This document shows positions 15,780-24,000 of a stretch of DNA of 24,000 nucleotides, piece by piece. The position numbers and the translations under genes are program-made. The notes under the pieces are model-generated. The model saw only the letters and a program-made list of their open reading frames with translations, did not search any database and had not been told where the DNA came from. The DNA lies in contig CAYJBW010000008.1 of the NCBI GenBank assembly GCA_964368255.1, forward strand, positions 1 to 24,000. The letters are read 5' to 3'. Numbering within the stretch: the first letter of the stretch is position 1; the number at the start of each line of letters is the position of its first letter. The stretch comes from an uncultured Christensenella sp. (GTDB taxonomy: Bacteria; Bacillota; Clostridia; Christensenellales; DTU072).

Positions 15780-17087
15780 TTAAAATATTTGGCGTTTGTC
15801 AATAACTCTTTTAGCTTTACCCTCACTTCTCGGCAAAGCCATTGGCTCCACTAATTTTACCTTTGCGCCTATACCTAAATTAGAATGAATCTCACTTTCT
15901 ATCTTTTTGCGCAGGCTCTCAATGTTACCTACCGTATCGCTAAACAAAGACTCATTTACTTCTATATGTATTTCCATTGTGTCAAGATTATCTACTCTGT
16001 CCACATAAATCATATAGTGTGGCTCCACTCCGCTTACATTCATAATCGCCGTTTCTATTTGTGAAGGGAAGACATTAACCCCCCTAATAATCAACATATC
16101 GTCACTTCTACCCCTAACCTTGTTCATTCTAACAGTAGTGCGCCCACAGGAACAAACATCGCCATTTAATGAAGTTATATCCCTTGTTCTGTACCTAATT
16201 AGCGGTTGTCCTGTCTTTGTTAGCGTGGTAAACACAAGTTCACCTTCGCTACCATAGGGCAAAGCGTCTAGGGTATCTGGGTCAATAATTTCCGCATAAA
16301 AATGGTCTTCTTGTATGTGTGACCCACATTTTGCTTCGCACTCCATAGCAACGCCTGGACCAGATATTTCGGACAAGCCATAGATATCACGCGCGTCAAT
16401 CTTGAGTCTTTCTTCTATCGCCTTGCGCATATTTTCTGACCAAGGTTCCGCCCCAAAAATACCTACTTTAAGGTTAAGGTCTTCCAGTTTTATATTCTCG
16501 TTTTCTAGTTCCGTTCCCAAAAATATTGCATAAGATGGTGTGCAGCAAAGCACTGACGCCCCGAAATCTTTTATAAGGGTAAGTTGCCGTTTGGTATTGC
16601 CACTGCTTACTGGCACCACTCCTGCGCCAATCTTTTCTGCGCCATAGTGTATGCCCAGTCCGCCCGTAAAAAGTCCATATCCATAGGCAACATGTACAAT
16701 ATCATTTTTGCTCACATTAGCCATGACAAGTGAACGGGCAACGCACTCCGTCCAAACATCAATATCATTTTGTGTGTAGCCAACTACCGTTAATTTGCCC
16801 GTTGTTCCGCTAGATGCGTGAATGCGTACAATGTCGTCTTTGGGCGCTGAAAGCATACCAAAAGGGTACCCGTCACGCAAGTCTTGTTTTGTGGTGAAGG
16901 GCAATTTAGTGATATCGTCAATGCCTTTTATGTCACTAGGCTTAATGCCTATTTTGTCCATTTTTGCCCTGTAAGTAGGTACCGTTTCATAAACTCTTTT
17001 GACAAGGGCAACCAGTCTTTCGCCTTGTAAAGACCGCATTTTTGCTCTTGACAAACATTCCTTTTCTGGCATATAAATACTTCCCAT
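15780..17087 (-). CDS. paaK: Phenylacetate-CoA ligase family (PaaK-like aryl-acid--CoA ligase), paralog 2
   Basis: The 435-aa ORF has the adenylate-forming motifs [35 protein letters not shown] and [22 protein letters not shown] Shine-Dalgarno lies upstream of ATG 17087, directly after the iorB stop. Confidence 0.85.
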   Translation of the reverse strand: MGSIYMPEKECLSRAKMRSLQGERLVALVKRVYETVPTYRAKMDKIGIKPSDIKGIDDITKLPFTTKQDLRDGYPFGMLSAPKDDIVRIHASSGTTGKLTVVGYTQNDIDVWTECVARSLVMANVSKNDIVHVAYGYGLFTGGLGIHYGAEKIGAGVVPVSSGNTKRQLTLIKDFGASVLCCTPSYAIFLGTELENENIKLEDLNLKVGIFGAEPWSENMRKAIEERLKIDARDIYGLSEISGPGVAMECEAKCGSHIQEDHFYAEIIDPDTLDALPYGSEGELVFTTLTKTGQPLIRYRTRDITSLNGDVCSCGRTTVRMNKVRGRSDDMLIIRGVNVFPSQIETAIMNVSGVEPHYMIYVDRVDNLDTMEIHIEVNESLFSDTVGNIESLRKKIESEIHSNLGIGAKVKLVEPMALPRSEGKAKRVIDKRQIF

Positions 17088-17098
17088 ACTGCTCCCCC

Positions 17099-17650
17099 CT
17101 ATGCGTTATAACCTAGAACAAAAGCTCTAATATTTGTTTCTAGTAATTTCGCTGGAATGCTGTCTGTTATTGCTTGCAACATATCTTCTTTGCTAAGGTT
17201 CATTAACTTTGTCAGCGCGCCTATCATAACAGAATTGGCTGTCTTTATGTTACCTGCCTGTTTTGCTAGGTTCATAGCATCGATTTGCACAGCATTTATT
17301 AGTCTATTTTCTATATCACCAGGGTATTTTGCCATTCCGCTTACTACGGGCATGGGCATAATTTCTTGAGAAGAATACAACATCCGTCCGTCATCTTTTA
17401 GATAATGCAAATACCGCAATGCTTCTAATTTTTCAAAGGCGATAATAATATCCGCGCTCTTAACATCAATAATTGGAGAGCTTATTTCACTGCCTATTCT
17501 GACGAAAGTTACTACGCTACCACCGCGCTGTGCCATACCGTGCACTTCTGATAGTTTACAATCCAAGTTTTTGTTTGTGGCATAATTTCCTAGCACTCTA
17601 CTAGCAAGTAAAGTTCCTTGTCCACCTACACCCGCAATCAATATATCCAT
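17099..17650 (-). CDS. iorB: Indolepyruvate:ferredoxin oxidoreductase, beta subunit
   Basis: The 183-aa ORF carries the [18 protein letters not shown]...[13 protein letters not shown] signature of the IorB / 2-oxoacid:ferredoxin oxidoreductase gamma-type domain. Confidence 0.9.
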   Translation of the reverse strand: MDILIAGVGGQGTLLASRVLGNYATNKNLDCKLSEVHGMAQRGGSVVTFVRIGSEISSPIIDVKSADIIIAFEKLEALRYLHYLKDDGRMLYSSQEIMPMPVVSGMAKYPGDIENRLINAVQIDAMNLAKQAGNIKTANSVMIGALTKLMNLSKEDMLQAITDSIPAKLLETNIRAFVLGYNA

Positions 17651-17658
17651 ACTTCCTC

Positions 17659-19374
17659 CTACTTTATAGCGCTAAATTTACACACTTCAACGCATAGGTT
17701 GCACTCTGTGCATAATGATTTGTCTATACTTACCGACTTTTCTCCGCTAATGATAGCTGGACAGCCCAGTTTCAAACAAGCCTTACAATTAACGCAATTA
17801 TCATTGACATTATAGCCATTATAAGTCGATTTTTTTAGCAAAACGCAAGGTCTGCGCGCAATAATAACGGACACACCCTCTTTGCTTACTTCTTCTTTAA
17901 TAACTCTTTCCAATTCTTTCAACTGGTACGGGTCAACAACAGTAACTGTTTTTGCGCCAATTACCTTGCAAAGTTCTTCAATATTTAATTGGAAAGTTTC
18001 TTTATTGTCAATAGTTCTGCCCGTTGCCGGGTGGTTTTGGTGTCCTGTCATACCCGTTGTACTATTATCAACAATAATAATAGTTGCGTTAGCCTTGTTA
18101 TAAACTGCTTCAATAAGTCCTGTTATACCGCTATGAACAAAGGTACTGTCCCCAATAACTGCTACCGTCTTTTTGTACGCTTCGGGGTCAGCTTTGTCAA
18201 ATCCTACTGCCATGCCTATACTTGCGCCCATACAAATAACCGCATCTATTGCGCTAAGCGGTTGAACTGCGCCCAGAGTATAACAACCTATGTCGCCAAG
18301 AACTGTTAGCTTTAGCTTGGCAAGGGTGTGGAACACTCCCCTGTGCGGACAACCAGCGCAAAGCACCGGGGGACGCATAGGAACATCAGCAGCTTTGGCT
18401 TCTGTCTTTTGTCCCAGTATTTTTTCTTTTATTAAATTAACAGAAAATTCTCCTTGAATAGAGAACAAATTTTTGCCTTCTACATTACAAATACCGTGAG
18501 TCTTAATAAGCCCTTCTATGTGCGGCTCTAATTCTTCTATTACTATACATCTTTCCACGCTAGAAACAAAATCTTTGATAAGCTCAAAAGGTAGCGGATA
18601 AACCATACCTAACTTTAGTATGCTTGCATCGGGCAAAGCTTCTTTTACATATTGGTACACTCCGCCTGCACAAATAATGCCTAGCTTATTGGACTTTTTT
18701 TCCACTCTGTTTATTGCAAAATTATTGCTATCTTCTGATAACCTATTTAGCCTTTCTTCCACCACAACATGGCGCTTTTTTGCATTTGCTGGCATCATAA
18801 CATACTTAGCAACATCCTTAGTGTAAGCTTTTAATCCAACTTCCTGTCTTTGTCCAATCTCAACCAAACTTTGACTGTGCGCAACGCGTGTTGTCAGTCG
18901 CAAAATAACTGGTGTATCGTACTTTTCCGACAACTGAAAGGCAAGCATAGTGAAGTCTTTAGCTTCCATACTGTCCGATGGCTCAATAACTGGCACATTA
19001 GCACTGCGCGCAATTAGCCTGGTGTCTTGCTCGTTTTGAGAGCTAAACATACTGGGGTCGTCAGCAACAGCTACTACCAGTCCGCCATTAACGCCCGTAT
19101 AAGCTACCGTAAAAAGTGGGTCGCTTGCTACATTTAGACCTACATGCTTCATAGAAACAAGCGTTCTTGCGCCACGGAAAGAACTACCTATGCCCACTTC
19201 TAAAGCAACCTTTTCGTTAGGAGCCCACTCTGTGTATACTTCGCTATACTTTGACAATTCTTCGGTTATTTCTGTGGACGGAGTGCCAGGATAAGCGGAA
19301 GCAACCTTTACTCCGCCTTCATAAGCTCCCCTTGCCACCGCAAAATCGCCTAATAATAATTTTTTCATCTCCAC
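17659..19374 (-). CDS. iorA: Indolepyruvate:ferredoxin oxidoreductase, alpha subunit (TPP-binding, with C-terminal 2x[4Fe-4S] ferredoxin domain)
   Basis: The 571-aa ORF starts KKLLLGDFAVARGAYEGGVKVASAYPGTPSTEI. It has the TPP-binding motif GDSTF...NSTTGMTGHQ. Two cysteine clusters are present: CVNCKACLKLGCP and CTECNLCVEVC. Confidence 0.9.
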   Translation of the reverse strand: MEMKKLLLGDFAVARGAYEGGVKVASAYPGTPSTEITEELSKYSEVYTEWAPNEKVALEVGIGSSFRGARTLVSMKHVGLNVASDPLFTVAYTGVNGGLVVAVADDPSMFSSQNEQDTRLIARSANVPVIEPSDSMEAKDFTMLAFQLSEKYDTPVILRLTTRVAHSQSLVEIGQRQEVGLKAYTKDVAKYVMMPANAKKRHVVVEERLNRLSEDSNNFAINRVEKKSNKLGIICAGGVYQYVKEALPDASILKLGMVYPLPFELIKDFVSSVERCIVIEELEPHIEGLIKTHGICNVEGKNLFSIQGEFSVNLIKEKILGQKTEAKAADVPMRPPVLCAGCPHRGVFHTLAKLKLTVLGDIGCYTLGAVQPLSAIDAVICMGASIGMAVGFDKADPEAYKKTVAVIGDSTFVHSGITGLIEAVYNKANATIIIVDNSTTGMTGHQNHPATGRTIDNKETFQLNIEELCKVIGAKTVTVVDPYQLKELERVIKEEVSKEGVSVIIARRPCVLLKKSTYNGYNVNDNCVNCKACLKLGCPAIISGEKSVSIDKSLCTECNLCVEVCKFSAIK

Positions 19375-19395
19375 CTGCCTTTTATCTACAGTTTT

Positions 19396-20697
19396 TTATT
19401 TATCATAAACATTGCGCAAATCTTTCACGCGCTTAACCTTGCCTTCCCCACGCTTAATAGCAAAGGGTTCTACAAGTTTTACTTTGACATCTAATTGAAC
19501 AACAGCCTTTAGTTTTGCTTTGGTTTTTTCCACCAAATTTTGCAAATTGGCATAGTTAGAAAGTAGTTCCACATTGCCAACTTCCACATAAACTTCTATG
19601 GTGTCCATATAGTTCTGTCTGTCTACCACTATTTCGTAATTGCTCCCCAGTTCGGGAATGGAAAGCACAACGCTTTCTATTTGTGACGGGAAAACATTAA
19701 CTCCCCTAATTATCATCATATCGTCCGTTCTACCCACAATACGGGACATTCTCGCCATAGTTCTGCCACATTTGCATGGTTCAAATGTTAAAGAAGTAAT
19801 ATCCTTAGTACGATACCTAAGTATAGGCATTGCTTCCCTATCTAGCGTGGTAAGTAGCATTTCGCCCTTTTCACCCTCAGGAAGTACCTTGTTTTGGTCA
19901 ATGTTCACTATTTCCGGGTAGAAAAAGTCTTCATTTATGTGCATGCCTACTTTTTGTTCACACTCTCCCGAAACACCTGGTCCGCCCACTTCTGTAAGAC
20001 CGTAGTTTTCTGTGGGAAGTGCATTCCACATAGTTGCTAGCGCTTTGTGCATTTCGTTGGTTGATGCTTCCGAACCAACAAAGGCATATTTTACTTTCAT
20101 ATCCTCAAGAATACCCATTTTTTTGGCGGTTTCTGCAAGATAAATTGCATAAGACGGTGTTGCAACTAAGCCCGTTACCCCAAAGTCTTTCATAATCATA
20201 AGCTGACGCTCTGTGTTGCCACTAGACATCGGCACAACGGTTGCGCCTAATTTTTCTATACCATAATGTAGTCCGAAGCCACCAGTAAACAAGCCGTAAC
20301 CAAATGCTACTTGAATAATATCTTCGTCAGTTGCTCCGCCCATAACTAATAAGCGCGCCATACATGTTGCCCAGTTGTCAAGGTCTCTCTTGGTATATCC
20401 GCCAACAATAGGCTTGCCAGTAGTACCGCTGGATGCGTGAAGTCGAACAACTTGCTTCATTGGTACAGCAAATAGCTTAAAGGGATAATTATCCCGCAAA
20501 TCTTCCTTGGTTGTGTAGGGAATTTTTTCTATATCCTTAAGTGTAACGATATGTTCGGGACGCAAAGAAATGGCATCAAATTTATCCTTGTACATTTTTA
20601 CATTGTTATAAGCGTAATTAACTATATACTTTAAGCGTTCAAGCTGGATTTCTTCGGTTTCTTTTCTCGTGCGTGTTTCTGTTCTCTTATCGTACAT
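19396..20697 (-). CDS. paaK: Phenylacetate-CoA ligase family (PaaK-like aryl-acid--CoA ligase), paralog 1
   Basis: It has the same motif set as paralog 2 ([49 protein letters not shown]). I moved the start from the track's GTG at 20706, which sits inside the Shine-Dalgarno, to ATG 20697 (MYDKRTE...). A GAGGTG Shine-Dalgarno lies 6 nt upstream of that ATG. Confidence 0.85.
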   Translation of the reverse strand: MYDKRTETRTRKETEEIQLERLKYIVNYAYNNVKMYKDKFDAISLRPEHIVTLKDIEKIPYTTKEDLRDNYPFKLFAVPMKQVVRLHASSGTTGKPIVGGYTKRDLDNWATCMARLLVMGGATDEDIIQVAFGYGLFTGGFGLHYGIEKLGATVVPMSSGNTERQLMIMKDFGVTGLVATPSYAIYLAETAKKMGILEDMKVKYAFVGSEASTNEMHKALATMWNALPTENYGLTEVGGPGVSGECEQKVGMHINEDFFYPEIVNIDQNKVLPEGEKGEMLLTTLDREAMPILRYRTKDITSLTFEPCKCGRTMARMSRIVGRTDDMMIIRGVNVFPSQIESVVLSIPELGSNYEIVVDRQNYMDTIEVYVEVGNVELLSNYANLQNLVEKTKAKLKAVVQLDVKVKLVEPFAIKRGEGKVKRVKDLRNVYDK

Positions 20698-20730
20698 TAC
20701 TATCACCTCAATATTATTATATACCTAAAT

Positions 20731-20759
20731 ATTTTAACACAAATTACTATGTTGTTCAA
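20731..20759 (-). promoter_or_regulatory. Sigma-A-type promoter for paaK-iorA-iorB-paaK-ACT
   Basis: On the minus strand: TTGAAC (20759..20754), a 17-nt spacer, then TGtTAAAAT, an extended -10 whose hexamer is at 20736..20731. The leader before the Shine-Dalgarno is about 30 nt. Confidence 0.55.
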
Positions 20760-20805
20760 CGATTTACGCAACATTACTCACATATCGCTTCTATACAATT
20801 TTTGC

Positions 20806-21462
20806 CTAGATAGCTCTAGCAAAAGTAAGCGCAATAACCTTTTTTGCGTCACCGCTTGCAAGTAGAACTTTGGCGCACTCATTTAGAGTTGCCCCAGATG
20901 TTACCAAATCATCCAAAATTAGCACAGTTTTTCCTGCAAAACTACCTTCACTAACAGAGAAATTGTTCAGAACGAACTGTTTTCTTTCACTTATGTTTAA
21001 CTTTGTTTGGTCCGTGCAGTGTTTAATTCTCTTTATTTCTTGCAACAAACTAATATTTACATCTTGGGCAAAAAACTTTGCTACATTTTTCATGGCGTCA
21101 TAGCCACGCTTTCTAACGGTCAAAGGTAAGCTCGGGACGAAGCAAAACACATCGCAAGAATTGATTTTGTCATAATATAGCTTGCTTAGAGCCTTTGCCA
21201 TATACTCCGACAAATAGGGACGATTGCCGTCTTTATATGCAAGGATAGTTTTCTTTGCCAAATCTTTGTATTCATAGCAAGAGAAAACTTCTATTTTTTC
21301 GTATGTAAGGCTACTTTCTTGCAAACAAGCAAGCTCATTATAGCAACTACTGCACAAAGAAAGTTCGTTATCTACGGATAATTCTTTGCCACAACCGTTG
21401 CAAGTAATCCCTTTGGGGAATATATACTCAGCTACTTTTTTGAAAAAATTACTAATCGTCAT
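20806..21462 (-). CDS. comFC: ComF family protein (ComFC-like; zinc-finger plus phosphoribosyltransferase-fold domain)
   Basis: It has an N-terminal CNGC...CSSC zinc ribbon and the C-terminal PRT motif VLILDDLVTSGATL. I prefer ATG 21462 (MTISNFF...) over the track's TTG at 21483. Either start overlaps the 3' end of recD2. Confidence 0.8.
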   Translation of the reverse strand: MTISNFFKKVAEYIFPKGITCNGCGKELSVDNELSLCSSCYNELACLQESSLTYEKIEVFSCYEYKDLAKKTILAYKDGNRPYLSEYMAKALSKLYYDKINSCDVFCFVPSLPLTVRKRGYDAMKNVAKFFAQDVNISLLQEIKRIKHCTDQTKLNISERKQFVLNNFSVSEGSFAGKTVLILDDLVTSGATLNECAKVLLASGDAKKVIALTFARAI

Positions 21463-23647
21463 CACTTCCCCACAAAAGGTCAATGCGGTGTTTATTTTTT
21501 TGTAGCAAGTCGTTAAGTAGCGAATGCCTTTTTACAGTAAAGTTGTTGGCAACCATTTTGCTCAGGCTATTTTCGTCCCCCACAATAACTACCATTTGTT
21601 TGGCACGGCTCACTGCCGTATAAAGCAAGTTCCTTGTCATTATCATATAGTTGCCACCACTTACTACGAGTATGACCACGGGGAACTCACTGCCTTGCGA
21701 CTTATGAACGCTTATACAATAAGCTAGCATAAGTTGTTCTAGGTCGGCTCCATGATATTCTACCACCTTTCCGTCTTCAAACTCTACCGTGACAACGCCC
21801 TTTTCTACGCTATTAACATAGCCAATGTCACCGTTAAATACCCCTGTTCCGCTTTCGCTGTAGTCGAACTTTCTCCACTCTATTGTGTAGTTATTTATAT
21901 TCTGCATCACCTTGTCGCCACGGCGAAAAATAGTGTTCTTGTAGGTGATTTGACTGCCCGAATCATTAAGCGCTTGTTGCAACTGCACATTAAGATTGTC
22001 CACCCCCACTATACCTTTCTTCATCGGGGCAAGTACTTGTATGTCCATTGGGCTAACTTTAGCAAAGTTCGGTATACGGTCTTTTGTCATACTAATAACA
22101 TCACTTAGGATATCCGAACTATCTGTTTTGCTAGACATAAAGAAGTCAGTTGCGCTCCTAAAGACGGGCATTTCCCCCTTGTTTATCCTGTGAGCGTTGC
22201 TTACTATCATACTGTCTTTAGCTTGACGATAGATGTTGGTAAGATAAATTACTTCTATTAAATTGGAAGTAATTATGTCACTAAGTATGTTGCCACAAGA
22301 CACGCTAGGTAGCTGGTCTTTGTCGCCAACAAGCACTAGTCTTGCTCCGCTTGGTATTGCCTTAAGTAGTGAGTTAAATATATAAATATCCGCCATGCTT
22401 ATTTCGTCAACAATGATAACATCGGCTTCAAGTGGGTTGCTTTCCTTTCTCATAAAGCTATTGTCAGAGCCGTACTCCACACCAAGCAGTCTATGTATAG
22501 TTTTGGCATCTTCGCCCGTTGCTTCTGTCATTCTTTTGCTTGCTCTGCCTGTGGGCGCACAAAGCACTACTTTCTTTTTCCGTTGCCCAAGAATGGTCGT
22601 AATGCCCTTGATTATTGTTGTTTTGCCCGTGCCTGGTCCTCCAGTTATGACGGCTACACCGTTATTAAATATACTTCTTATGGCTTCGTTTTGTTGAGCA
22701 TCCAAAGTAATGTTATTGGTTTTTTGATAACTAGCTAGTTCGCTATCGATGTCCATATCCCACTTTTCGGCGGTCTTATTAAGCCTAATTAGCTTAGTCG
22801 CTATGGCGTTTTCTGTGTTGTAATTGATTTTGCCAGCAATATAGTTGGTTTCTTCTATGCGGTGCAGTTTAATTTCTTCCATAATGCTAAGTACCGCTCT
22901 TACTTCGTCTTCCGTAACTTCCAGCAGATTGGACGCTTCTTTGTACAGCATATTATCGGGCAAACAAGTATGACCGCCCTTTACAGAACTTTCATACAAG
23001 GTATAAATAATACCTGCTTTAATTCTGAACTCGCTATGGCTGTCAATGCCTAGTTTCTTAGCGATTTTGTCGGCGGTAACAAAACCAATACCGTCTATAT
23101 CTTCCACAAGCTGATAGGGGTTAAACTCTATTATGCTCTGCGTGCTTCCTTCATACTTTTTATAAATTTTTAGCGCGGTTCCCATAGCAATATCGTACTT
23201 TTGCAGGAACAAAATAGCTTCTTTCATTTGCTTAGTACTATTATAACTCTTAATAATATCCGCTAGCTTTTTTGCTCCAATTCCCGTGATTTGCCTAAGT
23301 TTTTGGGGGTCATTTTCCAAAATATCTAGTGAATGCATACCGAATCTGTCTACAATATCCGATGCAAGTTTTTCTCCAATCCCCTTAAATAGTCCGCTAG
23401 ATAGGTATCTATATATCCCGAAAGTGTCTTCCGGCCTACTTACTTGAACATCCGTCACCGAAAACTGCTCACCAAAACGCTTGTTTGTTTTGTATTCTCC
23501 CATAAGCTCCAAACACTCGCCTTCCGATACAATAGGAAAAATGCCGACTGCAGTTATTAGCTTGCCGTCAGCATCCAAATTGAGTACCGTATAACCGTTT
23601 TCTTCGTTACGGAAAACTATTTCTTCTACTTTCCCCTTAAGTGTCAT
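21452..23647 (-). CDS. recD2: ATP-dependent RecD-like DNA helicase (RecD2/YrrC type, SF1B)
   Basis: At about 731 aa it has an N-terminal OB-like segment (EEIVFRNEENGYTVL) and HhH repeats (GIGEKLA, GIGAKKLA, GIGFVTADKIA). Walker A is ITGGPGTGKTT and Walker B is VIIVDEISM. The C-terminal motifs are SVHKSQGSEF and LLYTAVSRAK. ATG 23647 is preferred, though TTG 23653 is possible. Confidence 0.9.
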   Translation of the reverse strand: MTLKGKVEEIVFRNEENGYTVLNLDADGKLITAVGIFPIVSEGECLELMGEYKTNKRFGEQFSVTDVQVSRPEDTFGIYRYLSSGLFKGIGEKLASDIVDRFGMHSLDILENDPQKLRQITGIGAKKLADIIKSYNSTKQMKEAILFLQKYDIAMGTALKIYKKYEGSTQSIIEFNPYQLVEDIDGIGFVTADKIAKKLGIDSHSEFRIKAGIIYTLYESSVKGGHTCLPDNMLYKEASNLLEVTEDEVRAVLSIMEEIKLHRIEETNYIAGKINYNTENAIATKLIRLNKTAEKWDMDIDSELASYQKTNNITLDAQQNEAIRSIFNNGVAVITGGPGTGKTTIIKGITTILGQRKKKVVLCAPTGRASKRMTEATGEDAKTIHRLLGVEYGSDNSFMRKESNPLEADVIIVDEISMADIYIFNSLLKAIPSGARLVLVGDKDQLPSVSCGNILSDIITSNLIEVIYLTNIYRQAKDSMIVSNAHRINKGEMPVFRSATDFFMSSKTDSSDILSDVISMTKDRIPNFAKVSPMDIQVLAPMKKGIVGVDNLNVQLQQALNDSGSQITYKNTIFRRGDKVMQNINNYTIEWRKFDYSESGTGVFNGDIGYVNSVEKGVVTVEFEDGKVVEYHGADLEQLMLAYCISVHKSQGSEFPVVILVVSGGNYMIMTRNLLYTAVSRAKQMVVIVGDENSLSKMVANNFTVKRHSLLNDLLQKNKHRIDLLWGSDDD

Positions 23648-23649
23648 TT

Positions 23650-24000
23650 TCAAAAATATTTCCTGATTTCCGCCACCTTATCTGTCTTTTCCCATCTAAA
23701 ATTTTCGTTGCCAAAATGTCCATAACTTGCTGTCTGGAAGTATTGTGGCATGCTTAGCTCCAAATTGTCAATAATGGCTTTGGGACGGAAGTCGAACACC
23801 TTTTCCACTATTTTCGCAATTTCTTCGTCACTTATTTTGCCCGTACCACGAGTATCTATATCAATAGAAACAGGTTTTGCCTTACCAATTGCGTAAGCAA
23901 CTTGTATGTGGCACTTGTCGCATATTCCGCTTGCTACCAAGTTTTTGGCAACATAACGCGTATAATATGTCGCGCTTCTATCCACTTTAGTGGGGTCCTT
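23650..24000 (-). CDS. metK: S-adenosylmethionine synthetase, C-terminal 116 codons (gene runs off the right edge)
   Basis: The frame is open to position 24000. It reads [45 protein letters not shown]...ASYGHFG, which is the canonical MetK C-terminal domain. The M at 23985 in the track is an internal GTG (Val), not the start. Confidence 0.92.
   Translation of the reverse strand, partial: KDPTKVDRSATYYTRYVAKNLVASGICDKCHIQVAYAIGKAKPVSIDIDTRGTGKISDEEIAKIVEKVFDFRPKAIIDNLELSMPQYFQTASYGHFGNENFRWEKTDKVAEIRKYF

Noticed and set aside
15780-20697. The two paaK genes considered as a recent duplication or repeat.
   Set aside because: The similarity is at the protein level only, at roughly half of positions. 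No extended nucleotide identity is visible, so this is an ancient paralog pair and not a repeat or assembly artefact.
23650-23985. The track ORF starting with M at 23985, which suggests a short 111-aa protein.
   Set aside because: That M is an internal GTG (Val) of metK. The frame stays open to the window edge ([10 protein letters not shown]...), so this is the C-terminal part of a full-length MetK.
1-24000. A search for CRISPR arrays, IS elements or transposases, integrases, phage genes, toxin-antitoxin pairs, tRNA or rRNA genes, and long inverted or direct repeats.
   Set aside because: None was seen. The intergenic regions are short (up to about 185 bp) and are accounted for by promoters and terminators. 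The only notable repeats are the ypeB 3' duplication and two short 9-mers, all reported above. A by-eye scan could miss weak or dispersed repeats, so a self-dot-plot would be the decisive check.

Overview
This 24 kb window looks like ordinary core chromosome from a low-GC, spore-forming Firmicute, probably Clostridia-like. It is densely packed with 22 well-supported protein genes, 18 of them on the minus strand.

Gene order, left to right:
- recF-like 5' end (partial), metA, metY, smpB, secG
- a standalone DUF2156 (MprF C-terminal-like) gene
- spoIIR-sleB-ypeB on the plus strand
- a BmrCD/YheIH-type heterodimeric ABC exporter pair
- a metallophosphoesterase, a DUF218/YdcF-like gene and a DUF2804-like gene
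- a sodium:solute symporter on the plus strand
- an ACT-paaK-iorB-iorA-paaK aryl-acid module
- comFC, recD2 and the 3' part of metK

I found no tRNA, rRNA, CRISPR array, transposase, integrase, or riboswitch-sized leader. Several sigma-A-like promoters and three intrinsic terminators can be read directly. I do not see a convincing new defence-like or mobile system, so the window is best described as housekeeping.

The points most worth a second look:
- the uncharacterised DUF2804-DUF218-metallophosphoesterase operon, which runs into the ABC exporter and has a repeated operator-like 9-mer at its promoter
- a degenerate tandem copy of the ypeB 3' end whose differences are mostly synonymous, suggesting a recombination scar
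- a 16-codon upstream ORF built on a tandem 9-mer that overlaps the exporter's start codon
- metY-metA chained to smpB with no room for an S-box or T-box
- the dual-paaK/iorAB/ACT cluster

All family calls come from motif recognition by eye. No database search was run.
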